Shown here one piece after another: positions 34,761-47,802 of a DNA stretch of 64,000 nt (the first letter of the stretch is position 1; each line of letters opens with the position of its first letter). A program made the position numbers and the translations under genes. Where the stretch lies: positions 744,001-808,000 of the forward strand of contig JBNJNM010000008.1 of assembly GCA_052426225.1 (NCBI GenBank). The letters are read 5' to 3'. The DNA is from Zancudomyces culisetae HAW-14-8 (lineage: Eukaryota > Fungi > Kickxellomycota). A model generated the notes under the pieces. That model had not been told where the DNA came from. It did no database searches and was given only the letters and a program-made list of their open reading frames with translations.

Positions 34761-36283
34761 TTCTGAGTACAGGTGAGGTGGAAAAAAGTGAATATAACTA
34801 TAATTTTGTAGAACAAAATGTTTAAAACTATGTATATATTTATATGTATATATATTTATATAGAACCTCTTATATCTAGTTAACAATGTTTGAAGCTTTA
34901 GAGAAAATTTTGTTGAACAGCACAAAAGACATTTTGTGCATTTTTATATCAAAATTATACCCATCAGCTATTATTTGCTTTCTGCAAAACAGAGAGGGTT
35001 TTTAGACTACTAAAAAAGCAGTAGAACTGCCTTTTCATCTCTACAAGGGTTTCTTAATATCAATGGTTTTACTTCATTATCGGTTAATCTAAGTGTGTAT
35101 TTCATTGACCACCCTCAGTTACTACAATGAATACAAAAAAATATTTTCGTTCTTGAAAAGAAAAATATAAGTTGGTTTATTGATATTGATCTGCAATGTA
35201 AATTCGTCTTTATTTATTCATACAAGCTAAAAGGTTGTCGATTTTCATCGAAAAACATAAATCCTTGATTATTGTATGCATTTCATGGTGTGAATATCAG
35301 ATTTTACTGGCGAAGATCAAAGAATTCAACCTGTGCAAACCTCTAGAGTAAAAGGGGGGAAAAAAGCGGTGGTTATTGTTTAAACTTTATCACAATATTG
35401 TATCAGTACTTGTACTATTCCAACAAACGCATCCAGTTTTTTTTTTTGCAGTATCCAGTTTATTGTGGCAAATGATGTTGCATCTTTCTAAGGATACATA
35501 ATAAGATCTAGCTACCTTGTTTTAGGGTAATAATGTGTTATTATTCTGAATGAATCGTGATGCCTATAGCATATGATGGATTGATTGTTTATTTATTAAA
35601 ATAAGTGCCTTTCGGCTCTGCTTTGTTTGTTACAATAGAAAAAGGACTCAACACAATATAGATTTAAAAACTTGGAATCTGGAACAAATCAAATATACAC
35701 AGATGTATTTGTTCCCCTGTGGCGCTTGGTTTTAAGATTCCAAGGTAGATAAAGTTAGTTGCCTATTGGATATCACTTGTGGAAAAGAGAGGGAGAGGAG
35801 GAAATACACTTTTTACCTGCTTTCCTTCAGCCCATTTATTCTAGTAAGATTGGTGGTGCAATAATATGGATAAGATATTATGTAGACTGGGTCTGTCCCA
35901 ACAAAAAAAACACTTGATAGTATCATGTAGCTTTGGCCCTGTTTTGGTCATATATACCCTTTTTCTCTCTTTTTCTCTCCTTCCTCCACTCCCCACCTAA
36001 TACTACCTCTTGTTGCTAATCCTGGCTTTCAGTTACAATAATCCGCACTTCGCGTAAATTTCGTGAATAAGCTCCAATTAGTTTCTAAATAATTGTTTGA
36101 AAATTTTGTTGGTTTATAACAAACCCCGTAAAAAAATTGTAATGTTGTGACACATACAAACAAAATGCCAGAATAATGTAATCGCCGGTATATTAACTCA
36201 AAACAGCAAATGTAAGAAAGTAGGCTTGTGCAAGGAAAAATTCATAAAACAGTTTATTTTTGTATAATCTATAAAAGTTTAAG

Positions 36284-37620
36284 ATGCGACGAGGAGCAGG
36301 AATATCAGGAATACAGAGACACGAGACTCAAAAGGTGGGCCACATAACACTTCTCAGTGTTTATTAAGCCAGAAAAAGCCAAATTTAAAAATATTTATAT
36401 GATTTTTGACATAAAACAAATGGAAATTAGAGAGTATTGCAGCAAAAGGGTGATGAGATAGCAGCATTGCAGATTTCAGAGGTACTTCGGCTTCATATAC
36501 TCAGAAAATATGTTTAGCATAAGCTGTTTATTTCAGAACTCAAAATTTTCAATTAATCGATTGAATAGCTAAGCAATCAGCTGGACTTGTTTAAAGCCTC
36601 ACTCGAAAAATTCTCCAATGCACACAAGGATGAGATAAACAAAGACTCCGAGTTGCGGAAAAGGTTTTACAAAATGTGCCTACTGCTTGGAGTTGATCCT
36701 CTAGTTTGTAATACATACTTTTTATATTTCAAAACAAAACAGAAGATACTCCAACTTTATTCTTCAACGACAAGAGTTATTTGACATTACCTATATATTT
36801 ATTTGTCTATCTATCTTATATAGCTCGAAAGAAAACGATTGCGGGGATAATGGGAATAGGCGATTTTTATTGTGAACTTGGGATCCAGATCATAGATATT
36901 TGTGTGGAATCTCGATCGTTGAATGGCGGTTTTATAGAGGTTAATGAATTAAGAGCGCGACTTCAGGAGAGAAGAAAAGGGAGTGGTGACAAAATAACTC
37001 TGTAAGAGCTAGAAATAGATTTAATTACAGTTCGCTATTATGCTCTTGCACACTAGTAAACAACTCACATGATGAATTAAACTCAACTAGGGATGATATT
37101 AAGACCTCGATTGCACAGTTATCACCATTATGTGGGTCTTACAAAGTTATTAAACTGGGAAAGAGGACCGTAGTCCAGTCCATCCCATATGAGTTTAGCC
37201 AAGATCATTCCGATATCCTCTCACTTGCTCAAGTAATATTTCCTTTTTTTTGTTACAATTTATTGCATATCTCTTGTTTGTATTTCATGATTAACCACGT
37301 TGCCATAATCACACCATAGTTTACATCACGGTTTGATATGAAGACGATAAAGCAAGGATTGGGTTGGTCAACAGATAGAATAAATCTTGCCTTGGTAAGT
37401 ATACGCTTTGCTGAGTCTATATACCCGAATAAGAGTGTGACCTTAGCTTTATTTTTTTGCTTTTGCGTTGATCACACATTCTGAATCGAAAACTAAAAGT
37501 AATGTTTTTGTTGTTATTTTTTTATAGAAAATATTACTGGAGGATGGGATTTTGTGGATTGACAACTCTGGACCAGAAGCAGAGTATTGGGTTTCTTCAT
37601 TCTTTTTCTCGAACTACTAG
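36284..37620 (+). CDS. SNF8: ESCRT-II subunit Vps22/Snf8, 7 exons
   Basis: MRRGAGISG, FKASLEKF...FYKMCLLLGVDPL, GDFYCELGIQIIDIC..SRSLNGG, VQSIPYEF and LEDGILWID..EYW; six GT-AG introns. Confidence 0.93.
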
Positions 37621-38108
37621 CTAAGTCAGATGGACTTGGCAAAGTCATTCCCTTTTTGTGTATTATATATCACTTTTTGGTTAGCAACGTTTATTCGTGT
37701 AGTGTGTGTTCCTTGTATATTTTTTTTCGTTCTTTGGTACTGTGTCTATAAACCATTTATCTTGATATGATAAATACCAATACCTGTTATTTTACTCAAG
37801 CTCATCCCTAAAGGCACTGGGAGCTAAAAAAAATAATTAGACCTGATATGTACATATCGCTGTATTTATGGAAACCCATTAGCATGTGCTACAGTAAACC
37901 ATGCAATATGTACATTCATGCATTCTAGATCATTAATTCATGTTTTTCGATATCAGCGTCAAATTCGTCAAAACTCGAAACTAAACCCCAGTTCCAGTGG
38001 TGCTATTTTTTTTATTATTTGGCTAGTCATGTATATCTAGACATTTAATTCATAAAAATAATGTTACGTAGGGAGAATACAAGAATAAACTAAGCAAAGA
38101 AAATCAAA

Positions 38109-39329
38109 CTAAAAGGAAGCAGCGACCAGTAGGCACAACAAGGCAAAGGCGGATCCACTCAAGTTGGCAGAGTATATGGCGCTGGATTGCTGAGAAGTAT
38201 TAACAGTTACTTTACCATCAGTTCCATCAGTAGAAATATCATTGTTTTTAGTGGTAATAAGCGAGGCACTGTTATTTTTTGCAGCGGCAAAGTTGTACTC
38301 GTCCACATCCAATTTTCCTGTCTTTACTGAGTCTTTATTGTACATAAAGTTGACTGCAGCTCCTGCACCAGTGACGTTATACTTCTTGATAATGGATACA
38401 AGACTAGTTCCGTTTATCGCAAAGTCACTACTTGCTAATGTCTCCACGAAAGCTGCGCCCAAAAGTGCATGAAGCTTTGTGTTAAGTGTAGTTCCTCCAT
38501 AGTACGCAATTTTATCTGAATCAATGCATGCTTGTTTGAAGACGGCCGTGGATGCCACTGGGTAACAGCTATCTGTCGATGATGTCAAATTTAGCGCCTT
38601 GATTACATCTTGGCTTGTTGCTGCGTTATAAAAATCGTTCAAACTAAATATCTTGAAGCTTTTCAGCTCGGCCTTCTTAGATGAGATATAACTTGATACG
38701 CCAGATCGTAGCTTTTCATTCAACGCATCAACATGGTTTTTGAAATTTTCAACATCTTGGGCATTGTATTTTTGTGCGATTGGCATTTTATCAATGCTTT
38801 GTATGTCTGTGACTACCAAGTTCCTGTAACCAAACGAGTATGCTATATCTGCATGCATCAACAAAGATGAAGATATGCTATTTACAAAGTTCGTATCTAC
38901 GCTTTTTGAATTGAATGGCAAATTTGACATGTATAAATCGTTAAATCCTAGTTGTATGACCGCAATATCGCTTTGGATCGCTGTTTTGTTCAAACGGTTG
39001 CCAAAAACCGAGCCATAATTTTGAAATTGAGTTGCCGAGTTGACATACTGGTCACCTTTTGGTTCATTCGCAAGAAGGTTGGTCAAGTTTGATACAGATC
39101 CGGGGAGCGCAAAGTTAATTAATGTGTAGTTGTTGTAGTGTGCCAGGTACTCGTTCCACATCGGGCCGCTTGATGGGCGACTGTGCCATGTTGGAAAACC
39201 AAACACGTATGTTTCGTTATTGCCTATGTCTGATGTTTCGTCTCCAAATACCACAAAATAGGGCTTAGATTCTACGTTCACAAGTGTTGTAAACAGCAGA
39301 GCCGCACCCAAACTAAATGATTTTATCAT
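38109..39329 (-). CDS. Secreted, probably GPI-anchored GDSL/SGNH-fold protein lacking catalytic residues, copy 2
   Basis: Signal peptide, VVFGDETSDIGN, SRPSSGPMWNEY, QLGFNDL and a hydrophobic C-terminus; clear paralog of 33531-34760; ATG at 39329. Confidence 0.88.
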   Translation of the reverse strand: MIKSFSLGAALLFTTLVNVESKPYFVVFGDETSDIGNNETYVFGFPTWHSRPSSGPMWNEYLAHYNNYTLINFALPGSVSNLTNLLANEPKGDQYVNSATQFQNYGSVFGNRLNKTAIQSDIAVIQLGFNDLYMSNLPFNSKSVDTNFVNSISSSLLMHADIAYSFGYRNLVVTDIQSIDKMPIAQKYNAQDVENFKNHVDALNEKLRSGVSSYISSKKAELKSFKIFSLNDFYNAATSQDVIKALNLTSSTDSCYPVASTAVFKQACIDSDKIAYYGGTTLNTKLHALLGAAFVETLASSDFAINGTSLVSIIKKYNVTGAGAAVNFMYNKDSVKTGKLDVDEYNFAAAKNNSASLITTKNNDISTDGTDGKVTVNTSQQSSAIYSANLSGSAFALLCLLVAASF

Positions 39330-42300
39330 GCTTGTGTAAAAAGGGAAAATTCGTGTTTTCAATAATTGAAACCTAAGTCCACATCTAGAGAAAACATTGT
39401 TGGTATTTATACTCCTTTGACCCAATTATGCTTGTTTGGCTTGGGCTTTTTTTTTAGATTTTTTTTTTTTTTTACCCTATTGCAATTCTAAGAAGGATTT
39501 TTTTGCTAAATCCCAAAATTCCAAATCTGAATATCGCCAAATCCCAGCATTTCTGTGTTTTAATGGCCATTGAAATTCGTGACCTTAGCTATTATAATTC
39601 CCATTGGCAGTTAACTATTGTATATTTCTAATTTAAGTCTCAATTGAATTTATGTCATTTGGGATACTGCTTTTACTTCATTTTTGGGGAGAGTTAAACT
39701 ATTTACTTACTTTTCTCCTATATTCTTTCCCCAACATCTGGAAAATATACATCACATTTTGGTAGATTGTAAAGCAGAAAGCTTCTAAAAATGCATCATA
39801 TGACGACAATGTACAATAATGTTTCCATGTGAATTTTTAATGAAATTGTTTAATGAAATTTTTATTAATCAGATTTATAATGCATTTCACAGTAAATTGT
39901 TGAAAAGGCATTGTAAACTATGATTTTTATTGTGGGTTTTACAGGATTTCTCTCCCAATTCTACAAATATGTCAGAGGTTTTTCTTGGATAAAAAAATGA
40001 AATTCAGTCAAATCTGGAGAAATACAGCACAACTACACGAATATAGGACAATCGATATATCACAATACACAACATTTCTACCATATAACCTTGGTATATC
40101 ATCACATTTTACCTCATTATTATTGCTTTTTGTAATACCATTGACGATTTTTGCTGGTACATATATTACACCGTTAATGAAAACCTACAAAGAAAAAAGA
40201 ATTGACCAAAAATACTCAATTGAACCTTGCTTCAGCAACTTCAAGTCAGGCATACTGAAGTTGTTTAATTGATTGAAAAGATATGTTTAGTGAAAATAAA
40301 ATTCATGTTGTTATGGTAATAGTTGCCCTTGGGTTTGCCAAGTGACTAAATGTAGGAATAGTCAGCTTGAGTCGATGTAAAAGAAGGCTGATCACCAAAA
40401 GCCGGAATGGTCTGTCCATATAAAGGTGATAAAATACACAAAAAACCTTTTTTTTTCCTTTAATGAAAAGTGAACTATTATGCGTAAAGCGTTATTAGGA
40501 CGTAAGAATCCCCCGTTTTTTCCTATTTTGCTAAGTTTGTGGTTGCTGATACCAGTGGATTTTTACCCAAATTTAGAAATATCAGGGAGGAAAAAAATGA
40601 ATGCAAGGGTGTATATACATCGTATTACACATGGAGAATAGGTTGAATCTAAGCTAATCAAAGACGTAGAACTTTGTAGTAATACTGTAACCTCTCCTTC
40701 CCTCTGTCTTCTACCTCTCTTCATGAAAAAAATATACACCAACTAGCCATCTATAAAGCGAAGGTAATAAAATAACCTGTGTTCACAATATTTGCAATTT
40801 GCATTTTTTTTGTCAACAGCTATGGCAACATTTAGGAAGAAATACAGGTATGTATTTTTAAAAATACGTTTTGAAGGTTTATTCGATGTATCCTCTACTT
40901 ACTCCTAGCCGAAACAAACACTGGTGATCCGAAAAAGGGGTTATTGCAAGCGATTACAGCTATCTATTGATAAATAATTATATTAATATATAGACCTACT
41001 ACTACATGTAAAGATGATATTGAAAGTTTTTCAAGCCAATCAATGTCTCTGGGGTATGATATCAAGTGCTGTTTTCTAGTGCAAAAATATATAAATTATG
41101 ATGCCACCAAAAGATATTTTTTTTATAGCTAGATCTGAGTTGGGTAGTACTTGTAATGCATCGTTGGAGAAGAAAATTGGTAACTCGAGTTGGGTAGTAA
41201 ATGTATCCAGAACTTTTTATCGCCTCATGACATGAAATATACTTTTAACCCTCTCAATGGTATTTTGAGTATGCAGAACTAGTAGGATGAGTTTGTATCT
41301 CTAGATATACAATTGTTTCTTACTGCCTAGGGCATCATGGATTGTGCTAATAGCAAACAAGTACTATCCTAAATAAAGCACTATGTGCCTGAGGTACTTG
41401 GTTGAACTGCTAGGCTAATAGAACTTTTATAGCACCCATATCTCTACATTCATACTGATACATAGATTCAAGGATAATAACCTGCAATATTCTAGAGAAA
41501 AATGCACAAAGTAGCTGAAAATTAGGTTTATCCATATTTCTTTTTATTTATGGAGACAATAGCTAATGATATATAAAAAGGCATCGAAAACATTAAAGTT
41601 GTTACAGTTGTCCCTCCAAAAAATAAGCAATTAAAGTATCCAAAAAAGCTATCCTAGCTAGAACCAGTACACCAATTAGTACTAGCACTTATCCAGTCAC
41701 ACCGGCAATAAAGCATTCTGATAAAAGAGCGAATGTACCATACCGCTGAGCGGCGGTAAACCGCTTATTCCTTCCTGATTGTTCTGTTTCTGACATAGGG
41801 GTTCTGAGCAACTTTATTGACCATTGTGTATGCTCCATCTATAACAGTATTAACGGTCATCAGTTGTAGCTACGAATACATATATCTCAAAAGGATGTTT
41901 CCAGTAATGACAAGAATCATCTGGAAATAAGTATAAGCAAGCCGTGCATCAAGCCGCAGCTCAGTTCAAAAGACCGTGATACTTACATGAACAGAAGAAT
42001 CCTAAGACTACAACAAATGGATAGCCTTCCACAGGCATCTTATGGAATATTGACAGAAATTTGTTCTTGTTACTAGGCAACATTTTTTAATAAGCGTATG
42101 TTTTACAATTTTTTTGGCTTACAATTAATATTGAATATAATAGTTAATCAAAGAAAGAGAAAAAGGAGGTAAAGGGTGCTTTAAATACTGTCCTTATCAA
42201 GAATGTTTCCGATAATAAATATATAACCTTCCTTCTCTCCTTGCGTTTCTTCCGTGGTTTCTTTTTTTTTTTACTGCATTTTACCATTTTGCATTGTCCT

Positions 42301-43956
42301 TTCTTTCCATTATCATTAATTTTCAATTATCGGGCCATATATTCCAAAATAACAACAATAATTTATGCTCAGAAAAATCAATGAACTATTCACTTGATTT
42401 GGAAGTAATAAATAAGTCTACTCGAAATTAACCGATTTGATTCGCCAGCTAATATTTGATAAATAATAACCGCAATATCGTACCATATTACTGATAATTT
42501 TCTACAAAATAAAAAGAAAATTCATTGACATTTTTCCCGCATTAAACAAACGAATTGAAAATCTGAGACTATGCCTTGTCTTTTGGCCACTGAATGTATG
42601 GTAATTAAAAATTAAAACAATATCGATAAAAATCCAGGAGAGTAATATGCATTACTCTCTTGGACAAATGTAATGTTTGGCGAATAATGTGAAGATGCAG
42701 ATAAAAAACCATGAAAAATGTATATCTCGTGACATAGCTCTTTGCCTAATACTGTCACATTTGGTACATCTGACAAAAACAACGGTTGCATAAAGCAATG
42801 AAAGCAGTGGTGATTCAAAATCGAAACTTCAAATGGGGAATAAGCATCAAAAAGTGTAAATTTGGTACAGCAGTCCTTATCCTTTAGTTGTGCTCGTGAA
42901 GCCTTTCTGGCAGCACGTTTTACCATTAATGTAACAAACCTTGTTTTATCATGGTCTATCTCATTATTTTTTCATTTGAAGAAACCCCTTCCCTCCCCCC
43001 CACAAGGAAAGACCTGGAGGGGTGCACCAATACCTGTGGAGAAAATATTGGTAAATTATAAACATACCACGATAGTTTGATAGCTATCAAGATATTTAAA
43101 CTCTACAATATGTAAATGAATGTTGATAGTTACGCACTTACCCCCACTTCCCCCCACAATTTCCATTTGAAAATATGAAAATTAGATTTGGGTTAATATT
43201 TTTTCTTGGGTGGGGAGGGGGGGTACATTATTACTTATTTTAGCATCTAAGTAGAGGTAGTGCGTTTCTATTTATTCTGGTAAAACAAATATGTCCACTA
43301 GTAGATAAATTGTAATTATGTATGAGCTCAGAGCGATAAGCGTATTGTCATCAACTCGTAACAATCAATAAATCAAAAATAATACTCTTACCCGAATCAC
43401 AGGAACGTGGTTTGATTATGCTCTAGTACTCAAAGTTTATAAAAAGGCGTTTGCTAAGATCCCCTTTTGTGTAAAAAAAATGTCATTAGTACCACTGTAT
43501 TTAACATGTGTTTCATACTATATGATACGAAAAACCTACAACTCGATATACAAGTTTCGGCAATTATGTCTGAATGTGCAAAGAAAGTGGCATTTAAATG
43601 CATTTTGTTTTTGCTTGTGCTAGAATAAGTATTCCTTATGCATGTACTGTATATAAACCTTTAGCTTATATGTTTAGCGTGGAATATTAGAATACTTTTT
43701 AGTATCGGATTTACTTCTCTATGATATACTTTCTCATATTCAAGAACACAAAAACTCAAGATTGTTGAAAGGCCGCATTCTATGTGCGTTATGAGGGCTA
43801 AAGCTATTAGTGTGATATTTTGTGGAGGGGGGGGGGTGGGCTTTTTAAAGAAAACTATTTGGAACCATGGCTAAAGTACGTTTATAGTGGCTTATTTCTG
43901 TATATTAATCCTCTTTTTTCACCCGTAGTTAAGGTTTTTATATTTTAAATATGTCT

Positions 43957-44040
43957 AAAAATCAGAAAAATCAGAAAAATCAGAAAAAAGAAAAAAGGAA
44001 AAAGGAAAAAGGAAAAAGGAAAAAGAAAAAAGGAAAAAAG
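43957..44040 (+). repeat. Tandem repeats (AAAAATCAG)x3 followed by (AAAAAGG)n
   Basis: Visible directly in the sequence. Confidence 0.85.
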
Positions 44041-46473
44041 CGTGGATTGTACCAATGCTAGTGTAGAGTACAAAGTCGGGAGTATTTGAGAATTACAAGT
44101 ACATTTTTTACTCGAATATCTAGGTCACCTGTATATTTTTAGAACATCATTGAACAAAATTAGTATAAAACGCGCATCTTTGATTTGAGGGGAGGGGGTA
44201 ATATTTTAATGTGGTGCAAAATTTACATGTATATTAATAGATCATTTTGTTTTATTAGGATGTTTACATATTAGCTACCCCATCTAGTACATTAAGGGTG
44301 TGTAAATAGTATTTCATAATAAAGTTGGATACACTACAAAGACAAGCTTAGTAGCAAGATAACGCGGATACATTATGTAAAAACAACCGACACCACAATA
44401 CATCAAAGTTCCCATGGTAGTATACTAATAGATATTTGGCTTTTTCTCTTTCTCTATTTATAGTGGCTTTGCTAAAACATTGTTTAGAGAAATGTTGCGT
44501 TTTAGGTAATAGATAGTGACGTTTGAAGAAAAGAGAATGAACATGCTTTGTCATAAAAGCCAACATTAAAATACAAACTATAATTGTGTCAGGTGTATAG
44601 CTATAAATCACCCAGAATCAAAACTGCGAGTTGCTCACTATAGAAAAAAAAACAGGTTAGGATTATCTCCCCCCCAACAAGACCCATAGAAAAGTATGAA
44701 AAAAAGTGCTTGAAAATAGAAATAAAAAAGAGAGGAGGGAGAAGGGGGGGAAATGAGAATCTAAAAGGCAACACAATTCTGGCACTAACTCGTTTTTTGT
44801 TTTACTTTTTGTTTTTTTTTAATAGTAATTTGTGTTCATTGTTAAATAAAAAATGGCTGATATAGTTTTAAGGGAATATGTTTTGCACTATTTTTTTTCT
44901 TTAATGTTTTTTTTTTATTAAAAAAAATATTTTTATATGTGGAAAGTTGAAAAGAAGAGCAGAATCAAACCCTATTATCCAAAGAGTTTTTGAAGAAAAA
45001 AGAAAAGTAAAAAAAAGTAAATAAAATAAAGGGATCGTGAAATGCAATGAAAATTTTTTTTTGTTTGTGATACTACTGGCCAATCTCTTCTAAAAATCAA
45101 AGAAATAAACAAAACATCATGCTCATACTCAATCAAGACAAAAAGAAACTTTGCCAATGGCGGTTTTTTGTTTTATTGGGATCGTTTGATCATGTTGTCA
45201 AGCAATTAAACTAGTGAAAATGACAGCCTTTAAATAGGTAGGCTAACCAAACTTATTCAAACAAGTACATGTGCGCCCCCATGATATGAGATTAAGTGTC
45301 TGCTACTTTCTTAATGTTAGCGTTCATTTTTTTTTGTGTATACGACTAATTTGACAAGTATTTGGTGAGTCTCGTACTGATGGCAGAGAAAATCAACTGT
45401 TACTTCAATACCATCGCTGCTATTTTTCAAAAGGCAGTAATATTGGATGTTGATTTTATGTAGACCAAACCGCATTGTAGCTTCAGCTTTATTAAAAAAA
45501 GAAAGTGTAGTAAAAAAAAAAAAGGAACGAGTTTCAAGAAGCTTTCCCACTCACAAATGGAAATTTACTTTTGGTAGTAATTAGGGTATTCCTGCAAAAA
45601 CTAATATAGAATCCAGCAAACACAAAAAAAAAATTTTTTTTTTAGATGCAAAAAAATTTTGTGTAAAAAAACCAAAAAAAAAACGTTCATAAAGACAACT
45701 TGATAACAAGGTATGTCTTAGTATTTTATAATATTGTCCTTGTTTTTGGAAAAAGTTCAACATTTACAAAAACTAATAAAAGAGTCATAGTAAAGACCAC
45801 TGATTACAGAAAAAAAACATCAAGTAACTCTGTGCAATAGATCGAATATAGAAAGTACAGTGACAGGAACGAGCAGCAATAACAATAAAACTAATTTTGA
45901 AAAACAACGAATACTAAAGAAATTGAAAAAGCGAACTACAGCGCAATTTACAAACGGTTCAACTCTCTAAAAGACAAGTGAGTTTACAGGTATCGGATAA
46001 ACATATCAGTGTTGTTCAGAGGTATTATTGGGGGTATTTAGAAGGTTCTGGGTTTTTTTATTGTAAAGAAAGTCATAAAACCAAAAAAAAGAAGAAATAA
46101 TACTACAAGTGGAAATATATAGTTAAGAGGCAGTCTTGTTTTGGGATTGTTTGGGAAAATAAGTTAGCACATCTAGATACTAACCACTATAAAAATAATA
46201 GTGGTGTTTGAGAGTGTATTTGAACAATATAACATAGAATATTTCGAAAAGAAACAACTTTACGAACTAGAATAAAAAATAATCGATAACAGTGAGAAAT
46301 TCAGAGTATATTTTTGTATATTTTTTCAATCAAGTCGAGTCAGATAGCTAAAAAAAAAGAAACAACCTAGAAGAAAATATTTATTGTATTTATTTTTTTT
46401 ATACAGATACAGGCAATACTCATTATAACTTATAGACAATTGAGAGCAACATAAAATATAGAAGCGATAAAAA

Positions 46474-47802
46474 ATGGTAGAAGAATCATCAGGAAACACA
46501 CAAGTAAACTCGAGTGAATTGGCAGTGCCAGTCAACGAAAATACACCACGAGTGTGGAAACAGATTGATAGCAAAAGAGTGGAACTTGAAAAAGAAATAG
46601 CTAGTCATGAAAATTGGCCAGCATTGAAACTGGAGGATCAGATAGGCAAGCTAGCTCTTGGAGAAAAAGAAGAAAGTCGTAAAGATCGAAACAAAAAGAG
46701 TTCTGGCAAGAAGAGCTATAAAGATAAAACCAAGTGGACCACACTAATACCAGAACTAACGTATGCGCCGGTAAAAGCGACAAACGGAACAGGCCAAAAG
46801 AAGGGTACAGCGGGCAATAGACGAAATGTAAATAGAGGTACAACGCCTACCACGGCATCTACTTCCACATCTTCGGCTCCAACTAAAGATGGAAATAAAG
46901 ATGGGAGCAAAAGTATAAACTCAAGTACTAATGGTAGTACTAGAATTGCCAATACAACAGCAACAACAACAACAACAGCCAGCACAGACGAAAACACAAC
47001 TCTAAATACATCAGATATTAGTACCTCTGGCACCAATACAAGTTCTACGGATATTGCTACGACCGCAGACGCCTACGCTAGCACCGAAAATTCCGATGCA
47101 AAGAATTCAAGCTCTTTAAAAGAAGCGTCCAGGGATGCTGTTTCATCAACTCAATTGACAAATGGCAGAGATAAAGACGCCACAACATACCCAGCCAAGA
47201 ACAACTCCAGAAATGGAAACAGTACAGCCAACTATGTGAGAAAAGGCCAACCAAATAGAATCCAACAATCGCAACTTTGGTCGGAAGGCAAGGATAAACA
47301 ACAAATAAATGGTAGAAATACATTCAACACTAGCCGAAATGGACAGTATATTCAACAGCCACAGCAACAGCAGAACAACCGCAAGAAACGATACCACTAT
47401 CACCAACAACGGAATCCAATGACGCATGGATTGCATCATCAAATGCTGATGCCTATACCAGTACAGGCTCCACTTCCTGAACCTCTTCCTTCGTCTCAAG
47501 ATCCTGAGCTCGTTAAATCCTTTGTCAAAAAGCAAATCGAATACTACTTCAGCATTGAAAACATTGTTAAAGATGTCTATTTCCGCTCAAAGATGGATCA
47601 AGACGGCTATGTTAACCTGCCTCTGATTTCTAGTTTCAATAGAATCAGATCTCTCACTACCGATTTATCTCTAATTACCGATGCCTTGATGTCTTCGGAT
47701 ATTTTGGAGTTGGATGTTGCCAAGCAAAATGTTAGACTGAAAAATGACTGGAATCGCTGGGTTCTTCCTGCTGATCCTTCCTCTCCTACTCTTCAGCAAT
47801 AA
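46474..47802 (+). CDS. La-motif RNA-binding protein (LARP1/Sro9/Slf1-like)
   Basis: C-terminal La motif KQIEYYFSIENIVKDVYFRSKMDQDGYVNLPLISSFNRIRSLT; N-terminal NWPAL and KTKWTTL segments are typical of this group. Confidence 0.9.
   Translation: MVEESSGNTQVNSSELAVPVNENTPRVWKQIDSKRVELEKEIASHENWPALKLEDQIGKLALGEKEESRKDRNKKSSGKKSYKDKTKWTTLIPELTYAPVKATNGTGQKKGTAGNRRNVNRGTTPTTASTSTSSAPTKDGNKDGSKSINSSTNGSTRIANTTATTTTTASTDENTTLNTSDISTSGTNTSSTDIATTADAYASTENSDAKNSSSLKEASRDAVSSTQLTNGRDKDATTYPAKNNSRNGNSTANYVRKGQPNRIQQSQLWSEGKDKQQINGRNTFNTSRNGQYIQQPQQQQNNRKKRYHYHQQRNPMTHGLHHQMLMPIPVQAPLPEPLPSSQDPELVKSFVKKQIEYYFSIENIVKDVYFRSKMDQDGYVNLPLISSFNRIRSLTTDLSLITDALMSSDILELDVAKQNVRLKNDWNRWVLPADPSSPTLQQ

Noticed and set aside
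40822-41080. Possible selenoprotein via an in-frame TGA (some early-diverging fungi use Sec)
   Set aside because: The read-through product has no CxxU/UxxC motif or resemblance to a known selenoprotein, and I found no convincing SECIS. None of the reconstructed genes needs TGA recoding.
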